From Scenedesmus sp. PABB004 (Eukaryota), in assembly GCA_014905635.1 (NCBI GenBank), contig JABVCE010000004.1, forward strand, positions 186,001-250,000: DNA of 64,000 bases, given 5' to 3'. The stretch's first letter is position 1. The number at the start of each line of letters is the position of its first letter. The translations under genes were made by a program, and so were the position numbers. This document shows, piece by piece, positions 1-10,956 of this stretch. The notes under the pieces are model-generated. The model saw only the letters and a list, made by a program, of their open reading frames with translations, was not told the DNA's origin and did no database searches.

Positions 1-596
1 GCGGCGGCCGGCAGGCGCGCCGAGGCCCGCGGCCGTGGGGCTGCGGCGGGGGGCGGCGCTGCGCACCACGTCGATGGCCACGATCGTCTGGTCGGCGCAG
101 ATGCTGAGCACGGCCCAGCTCACAAAGCCGAATGTGTAGTAAAACGAGTCGGCATCTGACCACTCGACGTTGTGAGCCACGTACAGCGACACGCCTGCGC
201 GCGAGCGGGGCCGGCGCTGCTGCCCGGGCGCGGCGCGGCGCAGCGCAGCGCGGCGCGCGGTCTGCAGGCCGCCAGCGGATGGGCCGCGCCGCGCGCCGCA
301 CCCTGGTCCGTGACAGCCAGGTCCAGCGACGCAATGCTGGTCGTGGAGGGCAAGCTCATGGGCGAGCTGAGCGTCACGACGCGCGCGCAGTCATTCTTGG
401 CTGTCGTCGCGCAGCTGCGCACGCCGCCAGCCGCGCCAACGAGGACGGTCGCGCCCTCGCCCTTCACCAGCGCCGTGACGGCGCCCATCCTGGGCCTGGC
501 CCAGGGGCTGCAGGCGTCGGGGCGGCCCAGCTCACACCTGGCGGGCGGGCGGCGGCGGCGGCGGCGGTGGGCGCGCACACGCGGGCGCGCCAGGCG

Positions 597-628
<32 letters not shown>

Positions 629-1599
629 GCGCGGGCGCGCGGGCGCGCCGCGCCGGGGGCATGGACGAGCCCCGCGCCGCGCCGCACCTCCAGAGCGTGC
701 CCTCGTTCAGCCCCGCAAACAGAAAGCCATCGGCCAGCACGAGCGCGTTGACGTCGGAGCCCGCCTCGTCCCACGCGCGGCAGCGATCGACCTCGTCCGG
801 CAGGCACTTCCAGATGGTCCCCCCCTCGAGGCCCGCCCACAGAACGCCGTGTCCGAGCGCGAGGGACAGCACGGCGGCGCCCGCCCTGTCCAGGGTCTGC
901 GGCCGACGGCGCGCGGCGGCGCTCGGCACGTGGCGCAGGCGGCGGCGGCGGCGGCGCAGCCCGCGCGCGGCCGCACGATGCAAGAGTCGACGGTGGGCGT
1001 GGCGTCGCACATCCAGATCACGCCGTCGCTGAGGCCCGCGTAGATGTGGTTGTTCGCGGTGTCGATCAGCAGAGTTTTGAAGGTTGTGCCGCTCGCGGCG
1101 GTGTTGATGAGCGTGCAGCGGTCGGGCTGCGTCGTGTCGCAGGAGAGCTGCGCGCGGGCGCGGCACAGCGGCGGAGTGGCGGCGCGTGGGCGGGCGCCCC
1201 TCCGCGCGCGCTTCGCCCCCGCCGCCCAGCACGCACCATGCCGTTGCCGGAGGTGACGATGGCGAGGCCGTAGCGCAGCACGGCCATCGGCCCTCCCGCG
1301 TTGGACGGCATTTTCTTCCACAGCTCGCAGCTGCCCGCCTGGCCCTGGCGGCAGCGGCTGAGCTCGGCCCTGCGGGTAAGCCGGGCGTTCATGGTGAACA
1401 CGTAGCCATCTCCAGTGGTCACGGCCGAGGTGCTCTCCTCATTCTTCTGCAGGAGGTCGCAGAACGCGGTGGTCTGGCCGTCGCAGTGGAAGCCCGACTC
1501 GGTCGCGGGCGTCGCCGCGGTCGTGCCGGAGAAGAGGAGGATCGCCGCAGCGCTCAGCACCACGACCATGGTCGCGGAGCGGGCGCCGGTCGGGCGCAT
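1..1599 (-). CDS. Putative secreted Cys-rich beta-propeller-like repeat protein (multi-exon; 3' end runs off the left edge)
   Basis: ATG at 1599 gives MRPTGARSATMVVVLSAAAILLFSGTTA (signal-peptide-like). Exons carry repeats such as HIYAGLSDGVIWMCDATPTVDSC, VLWAGLEGGTIWKCLPDEVDRC and FLFAGLNEGTLWRC|ELGRPDAC. The last visible exon (~66-194, VSLYVAHNVEWSDADSFYYTF...) is followed by another intron. Confidence 0.7.
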
Positions 1600-2348
1600 G
1601 GCGGCGGAGCGGCCGCACGGCCGCGGTGGGGCGGCGGCAAAAGCAGCGGCCACCGGTGACGCCGTCGCGGAGCGGCGAACCGGGGACGCGCGGGCCTGCG
1701 GACGGTGCGCAGCGACGCCGCGGAGTGAGTGTTGGAGGAGTAGTGTGACGCCGCGGATGCGGCCCGGGCGGCCGCGGCGCGCGTGGGCGCGTCGCGGAGC
1801 GCGGGCGCTACGTGTCGCCTGCTGGAGCACCTGGGCGTCGCGGCGGGCAGCTCGTCACTGCTATGGAACGTCCACGGTGGAGCAGCGGAGAGGGTGGCGC
1901 GGGTGTGGCGCGGGGGGCGGCGAGCAGCAGCCAGATGCAGCGCTGCGGGGTTTTGTGCTGTTGCCCCACCCGCAGCGCCCGCAGCCCCTCGACCGCCTGC
2001 ACCTGTGAAAAGCGCGAACATGCCGGCGGGAATGGGCGCGGCAGCGCTCTGGCCTGCTCTGGCCTGCCGTGCGATTCTGCCCGAGCTTCTCCATTCCGCC
2101 GAGCTTCTCCATCGGGATATCAAGGCGCCACCCGGCCCCAATAGCCACCCGGTGCACCCAGCTCTCAACGGTGCTGTGCGCGAGCCCGCCGGCCGCGGCA
2201 CCGCGCGGCGGCGGCGGCGCGCCAGGCGGGCGCCCGGCCGTCGCCGGTTCGCGGCGACGCGCCGTCCGGGCGGCCAGGCTGTCGTCCCCGACCTCGGCGC
2301 ACCGCCTCGGCGCCGCCCGCCGCGCGCGCGCGCCGCGCGCCCGCGGCC

Positions 2349-5300
2349 TCAGCGCGTGACGAGCGCCTGGGGCGCGTCAGGCAGCGCGCCGCCGAGCGTG
2401 AACGCGAGGCCGAGCGCCTGCGCGAGCACCGCAAACAGCAGCGCCGCGGGCGCGGTCGCGCGGATGAAGAGGCCCTCGCCCACGCCGGCCATGTTCATGA
2501 CGGCCTTGGCGCTGAGGATGTTGTTGATGCACAGCATGTTGCCGAGCGTCGCGCCCGCGGTCTGCACCGCGAGCATCGACGTCACCGGCATGCCCAGACG
2601 CTCCCCCGCGATAGCGCTGATGCCCCCAAACGTGAGGTTGCTGACCGTGGTCGACCCGCTGAAGAAGCTGCCGAGCGCGCCCAGGAACGCGGCGATCGCG
2701 AGGAAGCCCTTGCCCAGCCTGCGCGCGGCGGTGGCGGCGCGGCGCGGCGCGGGCGGGCGGGGGAGGCGGAGGGCGGGCGGCGGCGGGGCGCTCACGGACG
2801 GCGCGCGCGCGGCAGAGCGCGGCCGAGGCCCAGCGGGCGTGGGGCGGGCCGCGGCCTCCACGTGTGCCTGTGTCTGTGCGCACGCGAGCACGCAGGCGTG
2901 TCTGTGCACTCACGAGCACGCAAGCAACAAGGCACACCCACCAGGTGGCGAGGTAGAAGCCGATGTAGTACGCCGGCGACGCGGCGCCGCCGACGCGGAT
3001 GAGCTGCACCAGCACGAGCGCGCCGAGCGTGGCCACGGCGATGCCTGGCGCCCGGCGGCGGCGGCGGGGCGCGCGGGGCCCAGCGCGGTCGGCCGCGCGC
3101 GCGACGCGCGCGCCGGCGCGGCTCGGGGGACCGCGGCGGGCGGCGGGGCCGCGGCTGGGAGCGGCGGCGGCGGCGCGTGCGCTGCGGCGGCGCCGCACCC
3201 CCCACGCGCTGGAAGGCCTCCCGAAAGGGTGCGGTCCACTTGACCTGCATGTCGCGGCGGTGCACCGCCATGGTGACTAGGCTGGCGAGCACAAAGGGCA
3301 GCAGGAAGGGGACGTACAGCAGCTCGTACTTCCAGGACACCTGCGGCGCGGCACCGGCGACAGCGCTGTCATTGTTAACAAGGGTCCAGGGCAAGGGTCC
3401 AGGGCTCGGGCGGGCGAGCGGGCAAGCACACACAGCCTGCCACGCTGCCAGCTCGCGCGCGCGGCACGGCCCGCTGCCCGGCGGCGGCCGCGGAGCTCCT
3501 TGCCTGCGAGGTCAGGATCTGACGCAGCTGCACCACGAGCGACGCGGAGATGCCAAACACGCCAAAGTTCCCCAGGCGCAGCGCAAAGGACGGATTGATG
3601 CTGCGGGGCGGAGGGGCGGGGGGGGAGAGCCGGGTCAGCTTGCTGCGAGAACCCCGCGGCGGCGCCCGGCCGGCGCGCGCGGCGCGGCCGCGCGGAGGCC
3701 CCGCGCACCTCTGCAGCGTGCGCTTGATCGGCAGCGCCGGGATGCGCGTGAGGAGCAGCAGCAGCACGGTGAGCCACAGCGGCAGCGTGCGCAGCATGAG
3801 GTCGCGCGGGCGCATGCGCGGCGACACCGCGACCGCGGGGTCGAGCGGGTCCAGCGACATGCCGCCGCAGCTGCTCGCGCGCAGGCCGGCCGGCGGCGGC
3901 TCTGCCGCGCCCGGCGCGCCGCCGTCGGCGCCCGCCTTGCGCCGGCGCGGCGCGTCCGGGCCGCCGCCGCCGTCGCCGTCCCTGCCGCCAGCGGGCGGCG
4001 CCCCTCCCGCCTCCACGTCCTTGGCCGGCGCCCCGTCGTGGTGGTGGTGGTCGTGGTGGTGGCGGTCGAGCGCACCGGCCGCCGCCGCAGCAACCTCCTC
4101 GTCCAGCGCATCGCCATCGACCTGCGACGCGAAGCAGCGCCGCACCGGGTAGCTCGCGGGCGCGTTGGTGAGCGGAAAGGCCAGCGTCGCGACGGGCGGG
4201 TGCGGCACCGCGCCCACGCCGTCGACAAACCTGCAGCCAGCGGCGGCAGTGGGGGCACGGTGGGCGCAGGACGCGGGCGCGGGCAGAGCCACGCCGGCCC
4301 TCTGCCCAGCGCGCGGGCGGCGGCTCACGAGAAGGACGGCGCGGTGGTGCTGCACAGGCTCGCGGCGCTGAGCGCCGACGCGGCGCGGCTCCTGGCGCTG
4401 CTCGCGGCGCGCAGTTCGGCGCGCTTGCTGTGCCGGCTGGCGTCCGCGGCGCCGGCGGCCTCGCCGTCCGCCGCGGCGGCCGCCTTTGCTGCGAGCGGGT
4501 CCACGGGGCGCAGGCCGACCCGGAACCGCACGAGCACGCCGGTCAGCAGCACGCTCGCCAGGCCGCCTGGCGTGCGGCGGCGCGCAGGGCGGGGGTGGCG
4601 CGCGGCGCGCGGCGCGCGGCGCGCGGCGCATCGCTGGCGGCGGCCGCCGCCGCCGCGGGCGCTGCGCTGTGCGCCGTGCTGCGCGCCGCGCTGTGCGCAC
4701 CAATGAGGCTGGGGAACTCGTATGAGAAGAGGCTGATGGCGAGCGCGGGCGCGACGGCGCTGGCGATGGAGAGCAGGACGAAGACCCCGTTGCGCGCGAG
4801 CTCCCGCAGCGGCACCAGGAAGCTCGCGGCGAGCGGGACGATGACGAGGGCGCAGGCGCCCACCAGGATCGAGGCCTTGAGCCCGGTCAGCTGCAGGTTG
4901 GCGTCAGAGAGCTGGAGGTCCCCGAAGCCAAACCAGATCGGCGTCCCCACGGCGCCTGGCGCGGCGCGGCGCGGCGCGGGGGCGTGCTGAGCTCCGCGCT
5001 GCGGCGCTCTGTGCGGCCTGCGCCTCCCCCCTCCCTTTCCCGGCCGCGGCCTCACCAAACTGCGTCGCGAGCGTGTTGAAGATGAGCAGGCTGCACACGG
5101 TCGGGATGGGCGCGTGCCCCAGCGACGCCAGCATCGGCGCCGCGAGCGCGACGGGCGTGCCAAACCCGCTCGCGCCTGCGGAGGGCGGCGCGGCGCGGCG
5201 CAGCGCCGGGGCTGGTCGGGTGCGCTGCGGCGGCGCCGCCGCTCGCTGTGCCGGCGCGGGGCCGTGCCGCGGCCCAGGCTCTGCGCCGCCCGCGCGCCCG

Positions 5301-6218
5301 CGCCGCCGCGCCGCCCCGCCGCCTCGGGCGCCGCGGGCGCCGCACCCTCGACCAGGTACGCAAAGCAGAAGCCGATGAGCATCACCTCAGCCACGGGGTG
5401 CCCCGCTGAGAGGCTCTTAATCTGACCCATCATCCAGGGCAGGCACTGGCCAGCAGGCAGCGCACCAGGGCAGCACGTCGCGGCGGGCGCGGTGAGCGCG
5501 CACGCGGCGAGGGACGCGGTCAGCAGGCGGCCGCGGCGCGCCGCCGGCCCCGGCCCCGCGGCGGGCGCGGCGGGCCCAGCGCCCGCTGGGCACCATTGTT
5601 TCGTGCATGGTCTGGAAGAGCAGGATGGCCCCGGCGATGATGCTGAGCGGCGTGAGCGCCTCGAGCAGGCCCGCGAGCAGGCAGGCGGCGACCTCGACCG
5701 GGTCGGAGCTCAGGTACGCCAGGCTGCGGCGAGCGGGCGAGGCGAGCCAACGCGCGCAACGGCCGGGCGGCGCGCGGGTGAGGAGGGGCGGGGGGAGCGC
5801 GAGAGCCGCGGCCAGCGAGCCGGCGCGTGCCGGCGGCTCGGCGCACCGGATGAAGGCCAGCAGCGCGGCGGCCAGGGGCAGGCTGACGCTGGTGGGCAGC
5901 AGGATCTGCTTGACGACCGTCACCGCGATCAGCAGCAGGATCGGCAGCAGGCACAGCACGACCGCCGCGACCGGGCCCCTGCGCGGCCGGGCCGCGCGGC
6001 GTCACGCGCGCGGGGCCGGCGCGCGCGGCGGCGGGGGTGCTGTCAGGCGCGTCAGCTCTCACGCACCATGGCGTGGGAACCGGCTCCCCCAGCGCCGCGC
6101 GCAGCAGGCGCTCCGCCGGGCGGCCGAGCTGCTCCTCAGGCGCCGCCGCTGCCGCTGCCGCCGCGACCAGCCCGGCCAGCAGCAGACCGCGCACGGCCGC
6201 CACGCCGCCGCACGGCAT
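2349..6218 (-). CDS. L-lactate permease (LctP family), multi-exon
   Basis: Spliced exons give LctP signatures: IIAGAILLFQTM, LIGFCFAYLVEGASGFGTPVALAAPML, FNTLATQFGAVGTPIWFG, AFLGALGSFFSGSTTVSNLTFG, QTAGATLGNMLCINNI. TGA at 2349. Start codon uncertain (6218 or 6257). Confidence 0.9.
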
Positions 6219-6590
6219 GATGCCGCGCCGCGCCGCGCCCGCCGCAGCGGCAGGCATCGCGGCCGCGCGGTGCCGCCGCACGCGGCGGTATCCGGCCGCG
6301 CGGTGCCGCCGCCGCCGTGCCGCGGGCAGCCCGCTGGCGCACGTCGATCAACGTCGTGAGCGTGGAGTCATGGCGCGGGCGGCGCGTGGGTGGCCAGATG
6401 CTGCCCACAGAAAACCCTCGTCACGCGCCGCCCGCAGCTGCTGCGGCCCCAGAGCTCCCCGCGGCGCGCGGCTGTGCCGCACAGCTTTTCAGTTGCGATC
6501 GACGCTGCGGGAGACTGCGGGCGGCTGCGGCGGGCGTGGCGGTCACCCAGCGCGTTTGACGACCGCCGCGCGCCTCTCCCCCCGCGGCGC

Positions 6591-8924
6591 TCAGGCCGCG
6601 AGCAGCTGCGCGTTCACATGCAGCAGGCCCCCGTGTGGCACCTTGGCCAGCAGGCCGTCCTTGACCTGCGCGCGTGCCGCGGGGGCGGGCGGGGGTGAGA
6701 GCGTTGGCGGAGAGCGCCGCCGCGAGTGCCTGGCGCACCACCAGGCGGATGCCCTCGCCGTCGCCGCCGCCCACGAGGCAGGCGATGTCAGCAAGCGGGT
6801 CTCCCTCCACCAGGACGAGGTCGGCGGCCGCCCCCGGCACCACCTCGCCCAGCACGCCCTGCCGCGCGGCGCGTGAGCGCGGCGCGTGAGCGCGGCCCGC
6901 TGCGCCGCGGCGCTGCCGCCGCCGCCGCGCTGCCACGCGGGCGGGCGCCGCGCACCTCCTGCATGAACAGCTGCGCGCAGTTGAGCGTCGCCGCCGCGAC
7001 GAGCTCGGGCGCGGGGATGCCGGCCGCGGAGCGCAGGAGAAACTCTTCCGACTGGCACCTGCGCCCGCGGCGCGGGGTGGGGCGTGAGGCCCGACGCGCG
7101 GCGTCCAGCGGGGCGCGGGGCGGCGCGGCGGCGGCGCCCCGGGGCCTGGCGCGCGGCGCGGCGCGGCGCGCATGCGCGGGCGAGGGGGCGCGCCTGTGCA
7201 TCGCGCCGAGCAGGTCGCTGCCAAACGCCATGCGGACGCCCGCGTCCCGCGCGAGCGCCATGGACCGCTGCCCCTGCGGCGCGGGGGAACGCGGTCGGCT
7301 GCCAGCCGCCGCGCGCGGCGCGCGCGCCGCCTGCTCGCCCGCCGGCAGGCGCCCGCCGCGGCCAGCCCGCACCTGCTCCACCGCCGCGCCGACCTTGGCG
7401 ACCAGCGCGGCGGGCATGCCGCCGGCCTCGCCCTCGCGCGCGAGCGCCGCGTAGGTGACCGTGGTCGGCACCAGCCACGCGCCGCAGTTGGCCATCGTGG
7501 CCGCGGTGTCGGCGTCGAGCCAGTTGCCGTGCTCGATGCTGCGCGCGCCCGCGGCCAGCGCGCGCGCGATGGCCTTGGGCGTGTACGCGTGCGCAGCCAC
7601 GTACGTCCCCGCCGCGGCCGCCTCCTCGCAGATCGCGGTCAGCTCCTCCAGGCTGAACTGCGTGTTGGTCAGCCTGCAGCGCGGCGCGCCCGGGCGGCCA
7701 GGGCCAGGCGGGCACGGGCGGGGTGGTCCAGGGCCGGCTGCCCACAGGGGCGCCGGCGCCCCGGCGGCGCGCGCCGCACCTGTCCGTCGGCGACGCCACG
7801 CCGCCAGAGGCCATGACCTGCGGACGGCACCGCGAGTCGGGGCGCCGGCGGCAGCGGCGGCGCCCGCGGCGTGCCCCTCCCACGAGCAGCAGCCTGAGGG
7901 CAGCGCCCCGCGCCTCACCTTGATGAAGTGAGCCCCCTTGCGCAGCTCGTCCCGCGCGGCGGCGCGGCACGCGTCTGCGGCGCCGCGCGGCGCGGTGGGG
8001 TGTGGGGGCCGGCCGCCTGCCGGCCGCGTGCCTGGCGTGCGCGGCCTCGCGCGCGGGGCCAGCGAGCGCCGCCGCGCGCCGCGCGCTCGCCACGCACCAA
8101 CGCCGTCGCACACGCGCCCGATGCCTCGCAGCGCGGCGCCGCAGGCGCACACCTCCTCGCCGCGGCTGCGAAAATCGCCGTGGCCACCGGTCTGACTCAG
8201 CGCGTGGCCTGCGTCGGCAGGCGGTCGCCGCTCGGCCGCGGGCGCGCGCGGCGCGTCGCCGCTGCGCGCGCCGGCAGCGCTGCGTGCCCGCCGCCGCCGC
8301 CGCGGGCACGCCTGAGAAGAGGATGCGCGGCCCCAGCAGCGTGCCCTCCTCGACCGCCTGCGCCAGCCCCCAGTCCGCGCCGCCCGCGTCGCGCACGGTG
8401 GTGAACCCCCGGCGCAGCATGCCCTCGAGGATGTCCACGCTGCGCGCTGTGACGAGGCTCTCAGAGAGGCCGTACAGCCCCGCCAGGTCCGCGGTGGTCG
8501 CCGTGACGTGGACGTGCGCGTCGCAGAGCCCTGCCGCGCGCGGGGCGGTCAGCGGTGCGGCGGCCGCCGCCCCGCGCACCACTGCCGCCCGGGCAGGCCG
8601 GGCGCCGCGGCGGCCGGGCGCCGCGGCGGCCGGGCGCGCAGCCGCACCGGGCATCAGCGTGCGGCCGCCGCACGCAACGACCACGGCCCCCGGCGGCGGC
8701 AGCGGGCAGTCAATGCTGACAATCTTGCCTCGCTGCACGACGACGTGCCGCAGCGAGCTGAGCTGGCCCGCGCGCACGTCCAGGATACGGACGTTGCTCA
8801 GCACCAGCGCGCGCTCGCCCGCGCCCTCGGCGCGCCGCCGCTTGGCCAGCCTGAAGCTGTCGCGCGCGAGGCACGCGCCGCTGAGCACAGCGTCAGGCGG
8901 CGGCTCCAAGGAGAGCGGCTCCAT
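6591..8924 (-). CDS. Metal-dependent amidohydrolase (Xaa-Pro dipeptidase-like, amidohydrolase superfamily), multi-exon
   Basis: Motifs GRTLMP|GLCDAHVH, RGFTTVRDAGG, IK|VMASGGVASPTD, VAAHAY, SIEHGN, FGSDLLG, ADLVLVEGDPL. TGA at 6591. The frame stays open 5' of the ATG at 8924. Confidence 0.9.
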   Translation of the reverse strand: MEPLSLEPPPDAVLSGACLARDSFRLAKRRRAEGAGERALVLSNVRILDVRAGQLSSLRHVVVQRGKIVSIDCPLPPPGAVVVACGGRTLMPGAAARPAAAAPGRRGARPARAAVVRGAAAAAPLTAPRAAGLCDAHVHVTATTADLAGLYGLSESLVTARSVDILEGMLRRGFTTVRDAGGADWGLAQAVEEGTLLGPRILFSGVPAAAAAGTQRCRRAQRRRAARARGRAATACRRRPRAESDRWPRRFSQPRRGGVRLRRRAARHRARVRRRWCVASARRAAALAGPAREAAHARHAAGRRPAPTPHRAARRRRRVPRRRAGRAAQGGSLHQGEARGAALRLLLVGGARRGRRRCRRRPDSRCRPQVMASGGVASPTDRCGARRRGAGAPVGSRPWTTPPVPAWPWPPGRAALQADQHAVQPGGADRDLRGGGRGGDVRGCARVHAQGHRARAGRGRAQHRARQLARRRHRGHDGQLRRVAGADHGHLRGARARGRGRRHARRAGRQGRRGGGAGAGWPRRAPAGGRAGGARAARGGWQPTAFPRAAGAAVHGARAGRGRPHGVWQRPARRDAQARPLARACAPRRAARQAPGRRRRAAPRPAGRRASGLTPHPAPRAQVPVGRVSPALRGRHPRARARRGGDAQLRAAVHAGGARRPPAWQRGGGGSAAAQRAALTRRAHAPRGRACWARWCRGRPPTSSWWRETRLLTSPASWAAATARASAWWCARHSRRRSPPTLSPPPAPAARAQVKDGLLAKVPHGGLLHVNAQLLAA

Positions 8925-8943
8925 TGCACCCTCCGCGCAAGCT

Positions 8944-9657
8944 GCCTGCAGGCCCTGCTGGCGAGCGAGCTGCAGCCGCCGCAACGACCCCGGGGCCTCC
9001 TCTGCACGCAGCCGCCTCTGATCACACCTGAGGGCGTCAGGTGGAGAGCAGCAGCGCCCCGGCTGGCGGCGTCGCCTGCGGCAGCAGCGGCGGCGTGGGC
9101 TCGGCGCCGCTGGCGCGCTGATTGCTTGCCGGCGGCGTCAGCGCTGTCGCCGTCGATCACGGCAGCCTCCGCGATGCGCTTCTGGGTGCGCACGAGCCTG
9201 GCCGCTCCCACAGCGGCCAACAGAGTGTTGCTGGTGATGGCACGAACCCCGCGCACCTAGGGCTACCCTAGGCGCTGTGCTAGCTCCCAGAGACGCTTAC
9301 AGCCCTGATCTGCCGGCGCACGAAGCGCTGGACCCGCCGTTGCCCCGGGCGGACGGCGTTCGAGGCCTGCTGCGCCGCCGCTGCTGTCTCGCGTCAGCTG
9401 TGCTGTGCGCGCGTAGCGGGGGGCGATTCCTCTGCGGAGGCGTTCGTCTCTCGGTGACCGAGGGGTGGCCCTCGGTTGCGAGCGCACCGCCCCGTGCGTG
9501 AAAATGCGGCGGTTCCGGGGGAGGGCTTTCGCCGCGCGTCCCTGGCGCTCGCGGAGCGACCGACCCGACACCACCCCAGCGGCAACCAGGCGGTCATGGG
9601 CGCCCTGCCCGCTGGACAGCTGGGACGCCTGAAAGCGCGCCGCAGCCAGGCACCAGC
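8944..9657 (-). repeat. Left arm of ~710-bp inverted repeat (partner 10957-11666)
   Basis: Reverse complement matches 10957-11666 nearly exactly. Differences seen: a 1-bp indel, a 3-bp indel and a substitution. Mirror-image ORFs appear in the track (9263..9574- vs the end of 10680..11351+). Confidence 0.95.
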
Positions 9658-10123
9658 GCCAGGGCCAGCGTGGTCAAGGCCACCGGGCGCGCCGGCGGCG
9701 GGGCCGGGCGCGGGCGACGAGCTCTGGGCGGCGGAGGGCTGGCGTCGCTCGCGCTCGGCGGCGCGACTGGCGGCGCCGAGCGCAGCGGCGCGGGCGGGGG
9801 TGGCGGCGGCGGTGCGAGCAGCGGCGGGAGCGGCGGCGGGAGCGGCGCGGCCGGCGGCGGCGCGTGAGCCCCACCGAGCGGCGGCGCGGCGCCCGGAGTT
9901 GCGGCCGCGGCCCCGAGCGCGGGCGGGCGGCGCGTGTGTTTAACGTGAGCATGGGCCGCCGCGCGGGGAGCGTGCGCTGTGTGCGCTGCAGTCGGCGCGC
10001 AGCGTGCGCGGCGTGGCCCGTTTCGCGGGCCCCACGCTGGCTGGCGGCGGCCCGCCAGCCCCCGGGCGGCCGTGCACGGGGTGGGGAGGGCTGGGGGCGT
10101 GGTGTGGTGTCGTTTGGAGCGGT

Positions 10124-10128
10124 AAAAA
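10124..10128 (-). terminator. RNA Pol III oligo-dT terminator for tRNA-Leu (equivalents at 13086-13090 and 22195-22199)
   Basis: TTTTT on the minus strand ~35 nt downstream of the tRNA 3' end in all three copies. Confidence 0.7.
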
Positions 10129-10162
10129 CGTCGTTCACATGCCTGGAGCTCCAGGCGTGTCC

Positions 10163-10242
10163 TGACAAGAGTGGGATTTGAACCCACGCCCTTTCGGACA
10201 CGGACCTGAACCGTGCGCCTTGGACCGCTCGGCCATCTTGTC
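10163..10242 (-). tRNA. trnL-CAG: tRNA-Leu(CAG)
   Basis: GACAAGA TG GCCGAGCGGTCCAAGGC G CACGG TT-CAG-GT CCGTG TCCGAAAGGGC GTGGG TTCAAAT CCCAC TCTTGTC A. Complete cloverleaf, long variable arm, A and B boxes, discriminator A, no encoded CCA. Confidence 0.97.
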
Positions 10243-10956
10243 GCGCAGTGCTTTTCAGAGCAAGTATGTTGTATATGTATATGCAACATCAAACATCCAA
10301 ACCGCGCAGAACGCCACGGGATCACTCCCAAAACCAGCCCAGAAGCACCCCACGAGCCTGGCAGATTTTCCCCAAAATCTGCTTTTTGGCGATTTTTCCG
10401 CCCCGCCACAGAGCGCCCCCACAACACATGGAAACGCAGGCGCGCCGCACGCGCACTGCAGAAAGGGACAGGGACTGGCCGCACGGGGCCGCCCGCTGCG
10501 CTGTCAAGGCGGCAGAGCGCTCAAGCGGCGGGCGCGGCTGTGTCGCCTGGCTGCGGCGGGCGCGGCCGCGGCCGGGGGCGCTGCGATAGCCGGGGCGGTC
10601 TGCGGCCGCTCGCGGGACGCTGCAGCGCAGCGTTGCACCCACGCGGCGCTGCCAGGGGCCGACGAGCAGACACCAGAGAGTGAGTAAGTTGCAGTCGCTC
10701 CCCCGGCCCCGCGTGCACGCTCCGCACATGCGGAGCGTCCAGCCGGCGAGCGAGCTGCAAGCAGCTCCCCACGCGCCAGCTCCCCCCGAGCTCGATCCGG
10801 CACGCGCCTGGCTGGCCGCCGCGGCGGCCTCGTGCACCGAGGCTGCGCTTGCGTGGCAAGCAGCCGGCGGTCAGATGCGGGGGGGGGGGGAGCCGGCGGC
10901 GCCCAGCACGGCGTTCCTGCCAGACGTCGTCAGGCGGCCCAAACCGGCCGCCCCCG

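Noticed and set aside
9256..9272. Hairpin CCTAGGG-CTA-CCCTAGG with CTAG motifs as a Helitron 3' end (also 11342-11358)
   Set aside because: It lies in the middle of the repeat arm, not at a boundary, and no matching 5' TC end or A/T target was found.
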